DNA from: Botryllus schlosseri
Lineage: Eukaryota
Direction of reading: 5' to 3'
Assembly: GCA_051294905.1 (NCBI GenBank)
Contig: CM119371.1
Span: forward strand, 23,872,001-23,936,000
DNA length: 64,000 bases
In this document: positions 62,470 to 64,000 of the stretch, piece by piece
How the letters are laid out: the number at the start of each line of letters is the position of its first letter
How positions within the stretch are numbered: position 1 is the stretch's first letter
Notes under the pieces: model-generated
Told to the model about the DNA's origin: nothing
The model's input: the letters and a program-made list of their open reading frames with translations, nothing else
Databases searched by the model: none
Made by a program: the position numbers and the translations under genes

Positions 62470-64000
62470 ATTATTATATTCTTTATTCACAGTAAAACTG
62501 GTAGATACACACATAATCCGGGGAGCAACCTGCCCCCAAAGGAAAATGGCGAGATTGGAGTAAATTTTTAAAATTTCAGTAATACATTCAAATTGTTATT
62601 CCTATGCAATACACGGAGAAGTCAGATTACAGAATTGCAGCAGATGAAGAATTGGCAAGGGTTACAGAGCAGAGGTAGAGATGATTGAAGATGAAGAATG
62701 GAAATTACAGAAATTATGCTGTGATTCACAAGTGTAATTTTAGTCCAGTGGAGCATTCAAGGCCTTCCGAAGAATGTGCACAGTGCCCAATAATGTGATT
62801 TTCTGGATCATGTCGAATCGAACGTTACCCGGAATTTGTTGGATATGCCTCATGAGTTTTTTGCTCACGACCCCTGTAGCACCAATGACTATCGGTACAA
62901 TGTTTATTTTGCATCGCCACATTTTCTCACATTCCATTTTGAGGTCTGCGTATTTGGAGTATTTTTCTGATTCTTTTTGCAATAGGTTGTGATCAGCTGG
63001 GACAGCCAGTTCGATGAATAAGCATTCTCTTTTCTTTTTTAGTTTGACGATTATATCCGGGCGGTTGCTCCTGATTTCGCGGTCAGTTATAACTGGTACA
63101 TCCCACAGAATTTTTACTTGTTCGTTTTCTGTCACTGGTGCTGGGCTGTAATCATACCAATTTTTTGTCGAAGTGGTGATGTTAAAATGTTTGCATAATT
63201 CAAGATGAATGTAGTGACCAATCCTATTGTGTCTCCATGTGTATTCGGTAGCTGCAAGTGCACCACAGCCGGACATGAGATGTGCTACAGTTTCATTTTG
63301 GTTGTGGCACATTCTGCATTTGCCGTCCGTGTTTTGCTTCAGAATTCTTTTGCGATAGTATTTTGTAGGAAGCGATTGGTCTTGTGCTGCGAAAATGAAT
63401 CCTTCGCTTGCCGGTTTCAGGCCAGAGCTGGATAGCCAGGTCCATGAAAGCTCGTCTACATGGGGCTGTGAAGTTAACTTCTTGTGCTGTCCATGAAGAG
63501 GCATCGATTCCCATATCGTTTCTCTCATTTTGAGCATTGCATTTTTGTACTGGACTCGTGCTGCTTTTGCTATTGTTGTGGGTTTGGCAACAGTGTTTTC
63601 AGCAGTGTACAGGTTAGCTGTTTCCATGTTGACTTCTCTGACGTACTTGTCGTGACGGTAGCTCAGAGATTTTGTTTTGCGCTGTTTGTCTTCCTGTGCA
63701 ATGAGTATGCAGTAAATGTTTTCGCTGTTGTTGATGTACTGTGACAAGCCGATGATTTCTGTTTTGAAAGTTTGTTCAATTTCTTGTAGTCCTCGACCAC
63801 CTTTTTTTCTGGGGATGTACAGTCTTTGTGTATCAGATTTTGGGTGATGCATGTGGTGCATTGTCATCAATTTTCTCGTCTTTGTATCCAATTTTTTAAT
63901 TTCATCTTTGCGCCAGTTCACCACACCAAAGCTATATCTCAAGACAGGCACTGCAAGACTGTTTATGGCATTGATTTTGTTTTTGGAATTGAGTTCAGTT
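62470..64000 (-). mobile_element. R4/Dong-clade LINE, 3' part; ORF 62740 to beyond 64000 open off the window edge
   Basis: PVLRYSFG, RLYIPRKKGGRGL, AAQDQ, CRMC..ETVAHLMSGC, RHN, LWD..TDR..NRPDI, E.AVP, KYSKY (CCHC plus restriction-like endonuclease); 3' UTR ends AATAAAGAATATAATAAT. Confidence 0.93.

Overview
Eukaryotic (animal, probably invertebrate; species cannot be determined from the sequence), AT-rich and very transposon-dense DNA. It is not a prokaryotic region. The main signal is largely missed by the ORF track: an array of eight small plus-strand exons (4192-4359, 4636-4803, 12405-12572, 12712-12879, 26498-26665, 28871-29038, 44034-44201, 62273-62443). Seven are exactly 168 nt and one is 171 nt. 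All are AG/GT-bounded, phase 0-0 and stop-free, and each encodes two ~28-aa leucine-rich-repeat-like units. They appear to form the LRR part of one large gene (NLR/RI-like architecture is inferred) that has grown by tandem duplication of exon plus intron, and its predicted concave-face residues vary. The introns hold two young, intact Gypsy LTR elements, a solo LTR, a decayed full-length I/Nimb LINE with nested insertions, two R4/Dong-clade LINE copies, BEL/Pao, Gypsy, L2/CR1 and Tc1 remnants, tRNA-derived SINEs, and many hAT, Kolobok, CACTA and PIF-type MITEs. Coordinates were read by eye. TSD-defined ends should be accurate to a few bases; ends of remnants are approximate.
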